A stretch of 64,000 nt of DNA, taken from positions 3,808,001-3,872,000 of the forward strand of contig CATQHZ020000001.1 of the NCBI GenBank assembly GCA_958296135.2, given 5' to 3'. The notes beneath the pieces are model-generated. The model did not search any database and was not told the DNA's origin. It saw only the letters and a program-made list of their open reading frames with translations. Both the position numbers and the translations under genes were made by a program. Source of the stretch: an uncultured Poribacteria bacterium (GTDB lineage Bacteria > Poribacteria > WGA-4E > WGA-3G). Positions 38,926 through 49,545 of the stretch are shown one piece after another; positions within the stretch are counted from its first letter, which is position 1; each line of letters begins with the position of its first letter.

Positions 38926-39366
38926 CTAGGTTATTACGCACTGCACCGAGCCCCGTTTAAATTCGGATGCCTTTTTTCGGATGTTATCCAGAATACCGTT
39001 CACAAACTTCGGCGAATCCGGAGTGCTATAGGTTTTGGCAATCTCAACCGCCTCGTTGATGGAGGTGGCCGCGTCGATTTCCTCACAATAGAGGATTTCA
39101 TACGTCGCGCATCGCAGGATAGACAGGTCGACGACAGGCATCCGGTGCAACTTCCAATTTTTCGACGTGGCTTGAATCACCGCATCAATGGCCTCCCTAT
39201 TTGCAACGGTATTTTGAACGAGCATCGTCGCGAACGGCCGAAATTCCGTTGGCGTTCCATGGTTCTGCCAGAACCTGTTGATGACATCTTGCACGGGGGC
39301 ATCTGTCAACTGAATCTGATATAATAGCTGCATCGCGATGATGCGCGATTTTCTCCGAGACGACAT
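38926..39366 (-). CDS. nusB: Transcription antitermination factor NusB
   Basis: RRKSR..AMQLLYQ, W...RM..VD.SILR, INEAVEIAK and FVNGILD motifs. Confidence 0.95.
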   Translation of the reverse strand: MSSRRKSRIIAMQLLYQIQLTDAPVQDVINRFWQNHGTPTEFRPFATMLVQNTVANREAIDAVIQATSKNWKLHRMPVVDLSILRCATYEILYCEEIDAATSINEAVEIAKTYSTPDSPKFVNGILDNIRKKASEFKRGSVQCVIT

Positions 39367-39587
39367 AGCGTATCCTTTAGTGAAAAATTTAGGTTTAACC
39401 CACGTCTGATATTATACACCATTTCACACGGTGTGTCAAACGAAAATGAATCGCGGATTCGCACGGCGAAAAGATTTTCAGAAGTTAAGGAGCAGCACCC
39501 TCTAGCCGTGTCGCGAAAAATTCTTGACATTTATGTGAAAATCTCTTAAAATTTGACACATTAGCCTTTTAAGAAAGGAAACCCCTT

Positions 39588-41186
39588 ATGGATTGTAACC
39601 AGAGAGACTACGGAACTGTTGCCGGCCCGCACCCGCGCACTGCAAAAGCAGGACTCGAAATGCTTATTGCAGGCGGAAACGCTGTAGATGCCGCCGTCGC
39701 CGCCGCATTCACAGAGGGAGTTGTTGAACCCTCACACAACGGCATCGCGGGTTACGGCGGGTGTATGCTCATTTACCGCAAGAAGACACAAGATGTCCTC
39801 GCTATAGATTACAACACCGCCGCGCCCGCCGCGGCCTCGGCGGACATGTTTACCATCGAAAAAGCAGACGTTCCCGCGGGCTATCGGGTGCCGGGGCGCG
39901 TGAACGTGCACGGCCCGCTGTCCATCGGTGTGCCGGGTGTCGTCGCAGGATTGTGCCTGGCGTTAGAGGAATTCGGCACGATGTCCCTCGCTGATGTTCT
40001 CCGGCCGGCCATCCATTCAGCGCGCTACGGCTACGCGCCTAACAGTGCAAACCGCAGCGGCATCGCAGCGAATGCTGAACGGTGGAAGCAAGAATTCCCA
40101 GAAACGGCGCGCGTCTTCCTTAAAAATGGCAGCCCGCCGAAAAAAGGGGAAACGCTCACGAACCCAGAACTCGCCAGAACCCTAGAAGCTGTCGCTGAAG
40201 GCGGTGGCCCCGCGTTTTACGAAGGAAAAATAGCGGAGACACTAGCGAACCACATTCAGGAACTGGGGGGATGCTTAACCGCCGAAGATCTGAAGAACTA
40301 TCGTCCCTTTATTACGGAACCGTATGAAATCTTCTATCGGGGCTATTCGGTGTATACGGCTCCCCTCGGCGCGGGCGGGCTAACGACATTGCAGATGCTC
40401 CGCTTAGTTGAGGAATATGATATGGCGGCGATGGCTGTAGCCGAACGGTTCCATCTCTTCGCCGAGGCCATGAAGGTGTGCTGGCCCGAACGCCTCCGCC
40501 GGTTCGGAGACCCGAGTTTCGTTGAGATAGACATAGCCGAAGAACTATCGGATAACTTCACTGCAACACGCCGCAAAAAACTGAAGGCAGGGCTGGCATC
40601 GCCGCAGCCCGGCGAAGTTGTCTACCACGAACCAATGAATTGCACAAGCCATATCTCCACCGCGGATGCAGATGGAAATATGGTGTCGTTGACACAGACG
40701 CACGGCGGCGGATTCGGTTCAATGGTCACGGTGCCCAGCACCGGATTGCTCTTCGGGCACGGGGTAGGCCGTTTTGACCCGAGGCCAGGGCTTGCCAACT
40801 CTATCGGCCCCGGGAAACGTCCGTTGCACAATATGGCACCGTTCCTCGCTTTGCGCGACGGCCTGCCGTTTGCCACCTACGGCATCCCCGGCGGCCGCAC
40901 TATTCCAAACAACCAACTTAACATCAGCGTCAGCCTGATGGATTTGCAAGTACCAATTCAGGACGCGTTAGACGCACCCCGGATTCACACCGATGGGGCC
41001 GAACCAATTCAGGTGGAGACGCGTGCTGGCGAAGAGACGCGTGCTGCCCTGCAGAAACTCGGCCACGCAGTTACGGAAAGCAGCGGCATCGGCGGGCCCG
41101 GGCACGGCATCGTCTTGTGGGCTGACGGCAAGCACCACGCCGGCGGCACAGATCCGCGCGGCGAAGGCAAAGTCCTTGCGCGCTAA
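39588..41186 (+). CDS. ggt: Gamma-glutamyltransferase family protein
   Basis: GGNAVDAAVA, TSHIS.AD..GN.VS.T and DPRGEG motifs. Confidence 0.88.
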   Translation: MDCNQRDYGTVAGPHPRTAKAGLEMLIAGGNAVDAAVAAAFTEGVVEPSHNGIAGYGGCMLIYRKKTQDVLAIDYNTAAPAAASADMFTIEKADVPAGYRVPGRVNVHGPLSIGVPGVVAGLCLALEEFGTMSLADVLRPAIHSARYGYAPNSANRSGIAANAERWKQEFPETARVFLKNGSPPKKGETLTNPELARTLEAVAEGGGPAFYEGKIAETLANHIQELGGCLTAEDLKNYRPFITEPYEIFYRGYSVYTAPLGAGGLTTLQMLRLVEEYDMAAMAVAERFHLFAEAMKVCWPERLRRFGDPSFVEIDIAEELSDNFTATRRKKLKAGLASPQPGEVVYHEPMNCTSHISTADADGNMVSLTQTHGGGFGSMVTVPSTGLLFGHGVGRFDPRPGLANSIGPGKRPLHNMAPFLALRDGLPFATYGIPGGRTIPNNQLNISVSLMDLQVPIQDALDAPRIHTDGAEPIQVETRAGEETRAALQKLGHAVTESSGIGGPGHGIVLWADGKHHAGGTDPRGEGKVLAR

Positions 41187-41240
41187 GCAAGCCATGACTT
41201 TGATATCTTTTTTATCAACAACACAAGGAATCTTGACACT

Positions 41241-41570
41241 ATGTCACAATTTGTCAAAGCCGCAACAACCGAGCAAATCTTGCCCGGGAAATGTATCGGC
41301 GTGAAAGTTGAAGGCGTTTTTATCGGTATCTACAACGTCAAGGGCGAGTATTACGCCATGAACAACATCTGTCCGCACCTCGGCGGCGTTTTGAGTTACG
41401 GTTTTCTAGACGACAGCTGTATCACGTGTCCGCTGCACATGTGGGAATTTGATGTCACCACAGGAAAGTGCGTCTGGCCGGGCGAGGAAAGCCTACCCAC
41501 CTATCCTGTCAAAGTGGAGGGTGACAACATCCTCGTCAACGTGGACGCGCCAAACGTCCCCAGTCCGTAG
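41241..41570 (+). CDS. Rieske 2Fe-2S ferredoxin
   Basis: CPH...CPLH motif. Confidence 0.92.
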   Translation: MSQFVKAATTEQILPGKCIGVKVEGVFIGIYNVKGEYYAMNNICPHLGGVLSYGFLDDSCITCPLHMWEFDVTTGKCVWPGEESLPTYPVKVEGDNILVNVDAPNVPSP

Positions 41571-41704
41571 ACTCAAGGGCGCGTTCTTCGCAGGCAGACC
41601 TGGTTTGGAGCGCGAGGGCCTGTCCCTCGCCTTCATCAATCGTGCCTCTTCTCATAGCGCGAGAGCCTGTCCCTCGCAAGTCTTCAACGAATAGGAGAAA
41701 CATA

Positions 41705-42652
41705 ATGGCATACTTGCTCACCGGTGGCATGGGATGCATCGGTAGTTACGTTATTCGCGACCTGCTCGCCGCCGGTGAAAAGGTAGTAGTTTACGATTTC
41801 GCTTACGACTTAACCATCCCGAAGATGGTGCTGAAGCCCGAGCAACTAGAAGCGTTTACCTTCGTGCAGGGCGACATCACCGATCTGCCGCACGTTCTGC
41901 GCACCATCCAAGAATACCAGATCGACCGGGTTATCCATCTCGCTTCGTGGCAGGTGCCGGCATGCAATGCGAATCCGCCGCAGGCGTTGAAAGTTGTCTG
42001 CGAAGGCACCATCAACATGTTAGAAGCCGCCCGAATTCTCAATCTCACGCGTGTTGTTTGGGCGAGCAGTGTCGCGGTGTTCGGTGCGCCGGCGGATTAC
42101 AATCACGAGCAGATTCTCAACGACGCGCCGCACTATCCTAAATTTATCTACGGCGCATGCAAATCCCTCAATGAGCGATATGCCGCGCACTATTTTGATG
42201 CGTATAGCGTGGACTCGATTGGACTCCGGTTTACCGCTGTCTACGGGGTAGGCCGCACGCGCGGGATGAGCTCGTTCACAACGCAGTTGATTGAGGCGGT
42301 GGCGTTAGGACAACCGCACGCCTGTCCCTTCGGCGACGATGCAGTCGATTGGCAATATGTGGAAGATGTCTCGCGCTCCATCGTCCTCGCCTGTACCTGT
42401 CCGACAACGAAGACGCGCGTCTTCAACGTGAAGGGCGGCATTCGGCCCGTCACAGAGGGAGTAGCGTATCTGAAAAGTTTGGCACCAGAGGCACAAATTA
42501 CGCTGGAGCCGGGTGTATTCGGCATCTCGTGGGATTACGACGCAACGCCTATCGCGGAAGAGATGGGTTTCACGCCTGCCTACACGATGGAGCAGGGGAT
42601 TCTGAAGACGTTCAATCTGTTCCGTGCACGCGCGGGGTTGGAAACGTTGTAA
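41705..42652 (+). CDS. NAD-dependent epimerase/dehydratase
   Basis: TGGMGCIG and YGACK motifs. Confidence 0.9.
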   Translation: MAYLLTGGMGCIGSYVIRDLLAAGEKVVVYDFAYDLTIPKMVLKPEQLEAFTFVQGDITDLPHVLRTIQEYQIDRVIHLASWQVPACNANPPQALKVVCEGTINMLEAARILNLTRVVWASSVAVFGAPADYNHEQILNDAPHYPKFIYGACKSLNERYAAHYFDAYSVDSIGLRFTAVYGVGRTRGMSSFTTQLIEAVALGQPHACPFGDDAVDWQYVEDVSRSIVLACTCPTTKTRVFNVKGGIRPVTEGVAYLKSLAPEAQITLEPGVFGISWDYDATPIAEEMGFTPAYTMEQGILKTFNLFRARAGLETL

Positions 42653-42846
42653 GGACGGTTCTATATCCGCCTTTGGTGTCTGCTTGCCGCCTATAGCTCG
42701 GGCTCGCAACCCACCGATGTTAGGGACATCGGGAGCCCGAACTGTCGGTGCCCATTGGGAGTGAGGACAAGAACCGGCGAACTGGTTTCCCTACGAACGC
42801 ACATGAAAATGTGAAAACTGAATCGTACTGTTTCCGCCGCCTGTCC

Positions 42847-43485
42847 CTATAGCAACGTCGTCTTCGCGAAAATGAATGCCAAGACACAGACAATCGCTGT
42901 CAAGGTGCGTTTTTCACTTCTCATCGCACGCGCCCAAGAAAAATCGTGGCACGAAGGATACGGATAGGGACGCGCACGCGGCACAAAACGCGGCACCTTC
43001 GCTTGATACGCCTGATAGACAGAACCGCACGCCTCCAACAGATATCCCTCTTCAACGGCGATGATAGGAAGATACTGCAAGACATAACCAACGACGAGAA
43101 CCGGGATAAGCCAATCGACATTTGAAACAAGGCAAACGCCGAAACTGAGCAGGAAATTGCCTAGATAGAGCGGATTCCGGACGTAACCGTAAGGCCCAGT
43201 CGTCACAAGAGCTCGCGCGGCACCGAGTGTGCGCGCCCGCGTCGAAGCACCTGCATAACCGACTGCCCATATCCGTAAACCTTCGCCCAGAATCATCAAG
43301 AGGATGCCGAGAGTTGTCCGCTGCCACGTCGGTTGCGCAAAATAGAGCAGCGTGAGGATGAACGGTACCGGCGTGAAACTGCGGATTTTAAAGAAGAAGT
43401 TACCGAGAGCTTGCGTTGTCTTCACTCTGTCATCCGTGCGCGCTATTTCACTATCACCATCCGGCGCGGTGCATCGTTTTTCCAT
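42847..43485 (-). CDS. Isoprenylcysteine carboxyl methyltransferase / phospholipid methyltransferase family protein
   Basis: LVTTGPY..VRNPLY.G and EE..L...Y..Y...VPR motifs. Confidence 0.85.
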   Translation of the reverse strand: MEKRCTAPDGDSEIARTDDRVKTTQALGNFFFKIRSFTPVPFILTLLYFAQPTWQRTTLGILLMILGEGLRIWAVGYAGASTRARTLGAARALVTTGPYGYVRNPLYLGNFLLSFGVCLVSNVDWLIPVLVVGYVLQYLPIIAVEEGYLLEACGSVYQAYQAKVPRFVPRARPYPYPSCHDFSWARAMRSEKRTLTAIVCVLAFIFAKTTLL

Positions 43486-43595
43486 AGGACCCCGGTAAAA
43501 CCGTCAACCCCGGCCCACAAGGGATAGACTGCATCGGTACGTTTGTTCTCAAAACGCGCTTCATACGCATCCGTTTAATCCTATAAATCCTGATG

Positions 43596-44663
43596 CTACT
43601 TCGGTGTGCGCCAAATCAGGATACTCCCAACAGTCGCATACAGGATATTCGCACCCCAACACGCCACAAACGGATGAAGTTTGCCGTTGACGCTGAGCCC
43701 CTCTAACGTCGCGAAGGAGAGGGCCCAATAGAGAAACGACAAGAAAAAAGCGACAACCAAACCCGCGAAGAAGCCCGTTCTGCCAAAACGGATGGCAATC
43801 GGCGCGCCAAGCATGACGACGACAACCGCAGCGAACGGATACGCCGTTTTGTGATATAACTTCACCTGCTCCCGCCGCGAAATCTGGCCGGCAGCTTGTT
43901 TATAGGCAATCTGCTCCCGGAGCTCAGCGATGGTCATCGCCCTCGGGTCTTTGTTACTACCGATAAACCGCTCGGGTTCCTCGTGGCGTTCAAGTTGTAG
44001 TGCCGTGAACGTCTCATACGCAACCTCTCTCCCGGCATCAAACTCGCGGACATAGCCATCGGCTAATTCCCACTGCGCCGGACTCAGTGTCCACATCGCC
44101 GACTTTGCAAAAGTGACGCGGGAGAGCTGTTCGTTCTCGTCGTACTCATAAATCGTTAACTGATGGATGCTACGGGATGCCAGATCGATGCGCCGTGAGA
44201 AGAAAGTGCGGCCATCCTTCCCTTTGAAAAGGATATTTCTGCCGCGGCGAGGCGGCACCTTATTTTGCAAAAGGTGCGCATGATGGAAAGCCGGCGATGC
44301 AACTCTATCGTAAAAAATCGCGAAGAGCACGCAGATAAGCAACGTGACAACGATGATAGGCGCAAGCAATCGGTAAATGCTCAAGCCGCCTGCCTTCATC
44401 GCTGTCCACTCATTGCTCCGAACCATCCTGCCAAGCACGAAAAAGACAGCGATGAATCCCGTGATAGGCACCATCTCCATAATCCGTCGTGGGGCTTGGT
44501 AAAGCACAATCTTGATAGCGGTGATATAGGCAATATCGTCCTCAAATTTTTTGATGTCGTAGTCCAACAAGCGGACGAGGACAATTAACGCGCTGAGGAA
44601 CAAGAGTGCCACCATGAAGGCTTTGAGGTATTCCCGAAGCAGATACCGGTCTAGAATCGTCAT
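43596..44663 (-). CDS. lptG: LPS export ABC permease LptG
   Basis: ILDRYLLRE and NEWTAMKAGGLS motifs; LptF/G topology; downstream of lptF. Confidence 0.8.
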   Translation of the reverse strand: MTILDRYLLREYLKAFMVALLFLSALIVLVRLLDYDIKKFEDDIAYITAIKIVLYQAPRRIMEMVPITGFIAVFFVLGRMVRSNEWTAMKAGGLSIYRLLAPIIVVTLLICVLFAIFYDRVASPAFHHAHLLQNKVPPRRGRNILFKGKDGRTFFSRRIDLASRSIHQLTIYEYDENEQLSRVTFAKSAMWTLSPAQWELADGYVREFDAGREVAYETFTALQLERHEEPERFIGSNKDPRAMTIAELREQIAYKQAAGQISRREQVKLYHKTAYPFAAVVVVMLGAPIAIRFGRTGFFAGLVVAFFLSFLYWALSFATLEGLSVNGKLHPFVACWGANILYATVGSILIWRTPK

Positions 44664-44664
44664 C

Positions 44665-44757
44665 TTTCGTATTGGCGCGGGCGTTTTTTTCGTATTAGCG
44701 CAAGGCGTTTTTTTCGTATTGGCGCGGGCGTTTTTTTCGTATTGGCGCAAGGCGTTC
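44665..44757. repeat. Tandem repeat, about four copies of 23-24 nt (TTTCGTATTGGCGCGGGCGTTTT variants)
   Basis: Seen directly, abutting the lptG start codon. Confidence 0.85.
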
Positions 44758-44842
44758 GTTCACGTCTCCTGTGCAATCACGTCTCCGCACGTAGAGACGC
44801 ATGCGCCGTTGTTGCATGCTGCGTTCTTGGAGCTAAGTTTTT

Positions 44843-46084
44843 TTATGAGTCGGGCGAATTGCCGGTCTGCACCGACGTGCTTTCGTGACTCGGATGAAAT
44901 GCGTGGTTCAGGACGAATTTGCTATCTCTCTCGCGCCATGCGTGGAGTTTCCCTTCGCCGATGATGCTGATGTTCATGACGATGCCGAGCACACCGATAA
45001 CGATATTTGGTAGCCACATAGCGAGGACCGGGGACAGAATACCGTTTAACCCCGCGCTCTGTCCGACTTGGAGCAACAGGTAATAGGCGGCACAAAGCAC
45101 CAATCCGATGCCAAACCCAATCATCTTGCCACTCCGCTTCACCATCATACCGAGCGGGACACCAATTAATCCGAACGCGAGGCAAGCAAACGGGATGGCT
45201 AACTTTTTGTGATACTCGACTTCGGCATTGCGGAGCCGCTTGAGGGTATACGCCGGGTTCTCGCTGGTTTCCAGGGACTTTTGCAGCGTGCCGACAAACG
45301 CTCGCAGTTGGGCGAAACTCATCGTCCTCGGAGTCTGGTTCTGAAATTCGCCGCGTTCCAGGTCTGCCTTTAACTGTAGTGAGAGTTCTTGCTTCTGAAA
45401 CTGCGTCACACGGAAACTGTCCGACTTGTCAGCGGCAGGTTCGTAAGTGTGGCCATCGTAAAGCGTCAACATCGCTCGCCCACTTTGGAAACCGAGTTCA
45501 GCCTCTTGGGCATGGCTAAAGCGCGGTCTGCCGTTCCAGATGCTATCCCAAATTTTGACGTTCTGCATGCGGCCGCTGTCAGCATCCGTGGATTCATACA
45601 TCCAGAGCTTGCCTTCGCTCTCCAATTCCTTCATGACGGTAGCCTCCTCCAGCACGACAGCAGGGTTGTGCCTGCGGATGTCCCGCGTGAGGGTGGCGTA
45701 AGCGCGGTTCGCTTGCGGCATCGCGTAGTCTATCAAGCCCAGATCCATGATGCTTAGAACGCTTGTCAAAACTAACAACGGTGTCATCACCTGATAGAAG
45801 GCGACACCGTGCGCCTTCATCGCAACGATTTCGTTATCGGTAGAAAGCCGCCCAAGCGCAAGCAAAATGCCCACGAGGCTCGCCATCGGAATCGTTAGCA
45901 CCAACGTCGCTGGCATGACGTAGATGAGCAGTTCAATAAGGTAAAGCGGATTTACCCCTTTCTGCACGAAGAGTTGCGTCAACCGAAAAAGGTCATTGAA
46001 GATGAGGATAAAGGTTAAACAGGTGAGCGCTATGATAAAAGGTGGAAAAAACTCTCTGAGTATATACCGTGCTAAGATTTTCAT
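44843..46084 (-). CDS. lptF: LPS export ABC permease LptF
   Basis: ILARYILRE, RLSTDNEIVAMKAHG and AMWLPN motifs. Confidence 0.85.
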   Translation of the reverse strand: MKILARYILREFFPPFIIALTCLTFILIFNDLFRLTQLFVQKGVNPLYLIELLIYVMPATLVLTIPMASLVGILLALGRLSTDNEIVAMKAHGVAFYQVMTPLLVLTSVLSIMDLGLIDYAMPQANRAYATLTRDIRRHNPAVVLEEATVMKELESEGKLWMYESTDADSGRMQNVKIWDSIWNGRPRFSHAQEAELGFQSGRAMLTLYDGHTYEPAADKSDSFRVTQFQKQELSLQLKADLERGEFQNQTPRTMSFAQLRAFVGTLQKSLETSENPAYTLKRLRNAEVEYHKKLAIPFACLAFGLIGVPLGMMVKRSGKMIGFGIGLVLCAAYYLLLQVGQSAGLNGILSPVLAMWLPNIVIGVLGIVMNISIIGEGKLHAWRERDSKFVLNHAFHPSHESTSVQTGNSPDS

Positions 46085-46276
46085 ATCGTTTGTCGCTGCG
46101 CAGATGTCTCCTCGGTAGGAGCAATTCCCGAATCGCTCGCGCCGCTCCTATCAGTTTTTTGTCGTTCGCCAGATGTTGTTTGGCCGCGGTTCACTTTGCC
46201 ATTTTGTTGCATTATCAGGAGAGAATCTTCATAAAATAATTTGCCATTTTCTTGTGAGCGTGTTATCATCAGAGAC

Positions 46277-46762
46277 ATGAACCTTACGCTAGCATCCATT
46301 CAACTGACAGGGGCTGACTTATCGGAGTTCGCCGCGCGCCATGCTTCCGCACAAGAACTCTACTCTCCGACCGCCCCCAAGCCGCCCATCGCCGAATTTG
46401 GTTGCCGCGATAGATGGTGGTTAAACCACACGGCAGCGCAGCAAGTGGCTCTCCATTACTGGTTTTTTGACTCGCCGGCTGCGGCGCGCACTGCTGCGGC
46501 CGAAAGCAGGGCGCGGCTTACCGCACGTTCTATCCCCCTATCGGAATCGCGCTCAGGAGATAGTTCCTACTATCAACCGCCACCGAATGCAGAACATGGC
46601 CTCGGTGACATCGTATGGCAGGCCGGCGCGAATTTCCTGTTCGCCCGGTACACTGTCGTCGTGTTGGTAGCACAAGTTGGCCGCGAGGTGCCGGTAGAAA
46701 CAACTCTCTGCATTGCCCGCAAAATCTTTGAGAAGATTGAGCAAGCAGTCTCGTGCCCATAG
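46277..46762 (+). CDS. Hypothetical protein
   Basis: Open ORF in an intergenic gap; no recognised motif. Confidence 0.5.
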   Translation: MNLTLASIQLTGADLSEFAARHASAQELYSPTAPKPPIAEFGCRDRWWLNHTAAQQVALHYWFFDSPAAARTAAAESRARLTARSIPLSESRSGDSSYYQPPPNAEHGLGDIVWQAGANFLFARYTVVVLVAQVGREVPVETTLCIARKIFEKIEQAVSCP

Positions 46763-46889
46763 GCATGGCGGCCGCCCACCCTAGGCCCTCGCCCCACGGG
46801 AAATGCTACAAAATCTTTGTAGCATGGCGAGGGAAACCCTCGGCGATTCGTGATCGCCGGGCCCTCGCCCCACGGGAAATGCCGGTGTG

Positions 46890-47957
46890 CTAATAGTCCT
46901 GATACCATGTTGCGGACTGCTTGGCAATTTGCACATTGTCCGCACCACCGAATTGACGATGGTTGAACCACGGGAGCGCGTTTTCCGCTGCCGCGTTCGC
47001 GTTCGTGAAATTCGTCGTCGCCTCGGTTGCAAGGAAGCGGTTAACGGCAGCGGTGTCCGGATAATATTGCACAGCATCTTTCCAGATGGCTCTGCCGCAG
47101 AGGAAACCGCTCGCACCTGCCTCAGTGGCAAGGTGCACATTCTCAATGAATTCCTCAATATCCACACCCGCGCTCAAAATCACCCACGGCAACGTTGAGG
47201 CCGCGTCTAACCGCTGGCAGATATCCTTCACTTCCGCGAGCGTGTATGCCGAGTCACCGGCATAAAAACTCCTATCTTGATAATCGGCCGTATATTTCAG
47301 GTCGGCGGGGAACTCTAACTTCAGAATGTCAACCTTATAGCGTGGAGCCGTGAACTCCTCGACGCTGCGGATAACCAGGGCCGGTTTCTGCTTCGCGAAT
47401 GCTACGCTTTTGGTAGTGCCTTCCAGCGCGTAACTGACGAGCTCTAACAGAAACGGCAGCTCGTGCTTTTCACACTCGTCACCAACGTGTTGCACAAACG
47501 CTTGCTGATGCTTGAGCGTCGCCTCGGAGGCATCGGGGTGGTAGTAGGCGAGAAGTTTAATCGCATCGGCACCAGCACGCTGCGCCTTTGCGATAGTCCA
47601 ATGTTCGATGGGATTGGAGAGCCGTTCGTTCTCGCTAACGCCCTCACTGACATAGCCCGATTCTTCATAAGCTAACAGCAGTGCGACATCCCGCGGAAGC
47701 TCTGCAATGGAGTACGGATACCCGTAAATCGGATCGGTGAGGACAGCGGTGGCGTTCGGTGCAAGCGAACGGGTTATCAACGTTTTGAGCGCGGCGACAT
47801 CCGCGTATTGGACATCCGTTTTCTCCTTGTTGAGGACATCCGCGAGCGCCTGCACCATGGAACCACGCTGGTCGATCGCCATCATCTTAAACCGGCCATT
47901 AGCGTCGGCGAGTTTCATGATGCCGCGCAATTTTCCAGAGGAAATATCGTTCATCAA
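46890..47957 (-). CDS. Tagatose-1,6-diphosphate aldolase (LacD family)
   Basis: AIDQRGS, LKLEFP, PWVILSAGV and GASGFLCGRAIW motifs. Confidence 0.88.
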   Translation of the reverse strand: MMNDISSGKLRGIMKLADANGRFKMMAIDQRGSMVQALADVLNKEKTDVQYADVAALKTLITRSLAPNATAVLTDPIYGYPYSIAELPRDVALLLAYEESGYVSEGVSENERLSNPIEHWTIAKAQRAGADAIKLLAYYHPDASEATLKHQQAFVQHVGDECEKHELPFLLELVSYALEGTTKSVAFAKQKPALVIRSVEEFTAPRYKVDILKLEFPADLKYTADYQDRSFYAGDSAYTLAEVKDICQRLDAASTLPWVILSAGVDIEEFIENVHLATEAGASGFLCGRAIWKDAVQYYPDTAAVNRFLATEATTNFTNANAAAENALPWFNHRQFGGADNVQIAKQSATWYQDY

Positions 47958-48047
47958 AATCTCCTTTTCATAAGGGGGTTGCGCGCCGCCAAAGCGCGCC
48001 TACCAGCCTTGTTAGTTTAAGAGCGGATTTCTCTATCCACCCGAAAC

Positions 48048-49121
48048 TTAATATTCACGTTCAACGAAAAAATCAATTAGCGATAGAAACAGCCGCTTTG
48101 CCATGCCATCAGGGAGATGGGCAAAATTGTGCGTAAACTGTCCAGCCGCCTCTTGCAAGAGAGCCTTGGAGCGGCGTTGTGCGTACGCAATGGAGTCGTA
48201 TTTTCGCATTAACTGTAGCACGCTTTCGATATCCGCTTCCGTTTTCTCATCGCGCGGGCGCGCCATGATGTCAATGACGCGCTGCGCTTCCGTTGGTGTA
48301 CACGCATTGAAGAGGTGGATAAGCACCAGGGTACGCTTTCCTTCGCTGATGTCGCCAGCGATTTCTTTCCCGTATCGGCCGACATCGCCGATGAGATTAA
48401 GGACATCGTCCTGAATTTGGAACGCAACGCCCAAGTCTTCGCCAAGTTGAACGAAAGCATCAACTTCCGCGTCACTTGCTCCACCGATAATTGCGCCGAC
48501 ACGGCACGGCGTGATGCAGGTATACCACGCCGTTTTCTGGATACACATCGTCAGGTAATCCTCTTCGTCAAGATTCCATCGGTTGCTGCCTACCCAGCTG
48601 AGTTCAATGTGTTGTCCCTCAACGACTTGGTTGCTCAGTTGGATGAATTCGGAGAGAATGCGGAAGGCCAGTTCGTGCCCGAGAATCTCTGTGTTGCGGA
48701 GGAGCATCTCCCACATTTTACAGTGGAGCGCATCGCCAACGTTGATAGCCATCGGGACCCCGTGCTTTTGATGAAGGCACGGCTCGCCGCGCCGAAGTTC
48801 AGAACCATCTTCAATGTCATCGTGAATGAGAAGCCAATTTTGGAGGAGCTCCAAGGCAGCAGCCGTATTAACAGCGCGTTTCGATTCACCACCGAAGGCC
48901 TCGCAGATAAGCAGACAGAGCGCCGGCCGTAACCCCTTCGCCGCTCGACGCGGATAGTCCAACATCATCTGATACAATTGATGCACGTCCTCGTGCGCGT
49001 CTGTCGTCGGCAGAAAGTCAAAGATGCAAGTATCCACCTCGCGCTTGACATCGCTGAGGTACTCGGTGACGTTCGCTGTCATTCGCGAAGCGTTCAATTG
49101 GCATTTTGGGTTCAAGGACAT
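48048..49121 (-). CDS. Polyprenyl diphosphate synthase
   Basis: LIHDDIED...RRG, AFQIQDD and DISEGK motifs. Confidence 0.93.
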   Translation of the reverse strand: MSLNPKCQLNASRMTANVTEYLSDVKREVDTCIFDFLPTTDAHEDVHQLYQMMLDYPRRAAKGLRPALCLLICEAFGGESKRAVNTAAALELLQNWLLIHDDIEDGSELRRGEPCLHQKHGVPMAINVGDALHCKMWEMLLRNTEILGHELAFRILSEFIQLSNQVVEGQHIELSWVGSNRWNLDEEDYLTMCIQKTAWYTCITPCRVGAIIGGASDAEVDAFVQLGEDLGVAFQIQDDVLNLIGDVGRYGKEIAGDISEGKRTLVLIHLFNACTPTEAQRVIDIMARPRDEKTEADIESVLQLMRKYDSIAYAQRRSKALLQEAAGQFTHNFAHLPDGMAKRLFLSLIDFFVEREY

Positions 49122-49316
49122 TTGTTTCCGTCATCCGTCACCGACGTTAGTCGATGACTACGTTTTTATGGAATTGTTTAATTATACCACATCGCGCAGT
49201 AAAAATCAAATTTTAATTGTTCTCGCGTAGGGGCGCCCCGTTTGCCAGACTGTAAGGGCGGATGTCTCTATCCGCCCGTTTGCATCGCGGATTCGGACAG
49301 AACTAGAAATCTGTCC

Positions 49317-49544
49317 TTACGACACGTTCGCAACATCCACATCCAACGCGATGAACCGGTAACCAAGCGGTTTTATCCGTTCCACCAAGGCCTCGCGCAA
49401 CGCAATTGCGCGTGCAAATTGCGATTCTGATACCTGTACCCGCAAAACCGGGGAATGATCGAAGAGGGACGCGCCTTCAATCTGGAACTCGGCGAGGACT
49501 TCATGGATAGGCGCGAGTGCGGATGGGTTCTGTTGATTCTCCAT
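49317..49544 (-). CDS. Small protein resembling the LarE C-terminal domain
   Basis: LRVQV......IALREALVERIKPLGYRFIALD pattern; coupled to the upstream SDR stop. Confidence 0.45.
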   Translation of the reverse strand: MENQQNPSALAPIHEVLAEFQIEGASLFDHSPVLRVQVSESQFARAIALREALVERIKPLGYRFIALDVDVANVS

Positions 49545-49545
49545 G

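Noticed and set aside
44665-44757. Possible mini-CRISPR
   Set aside because: The units are contiguous with no unique spacers, so this is a simple tandem repeat.
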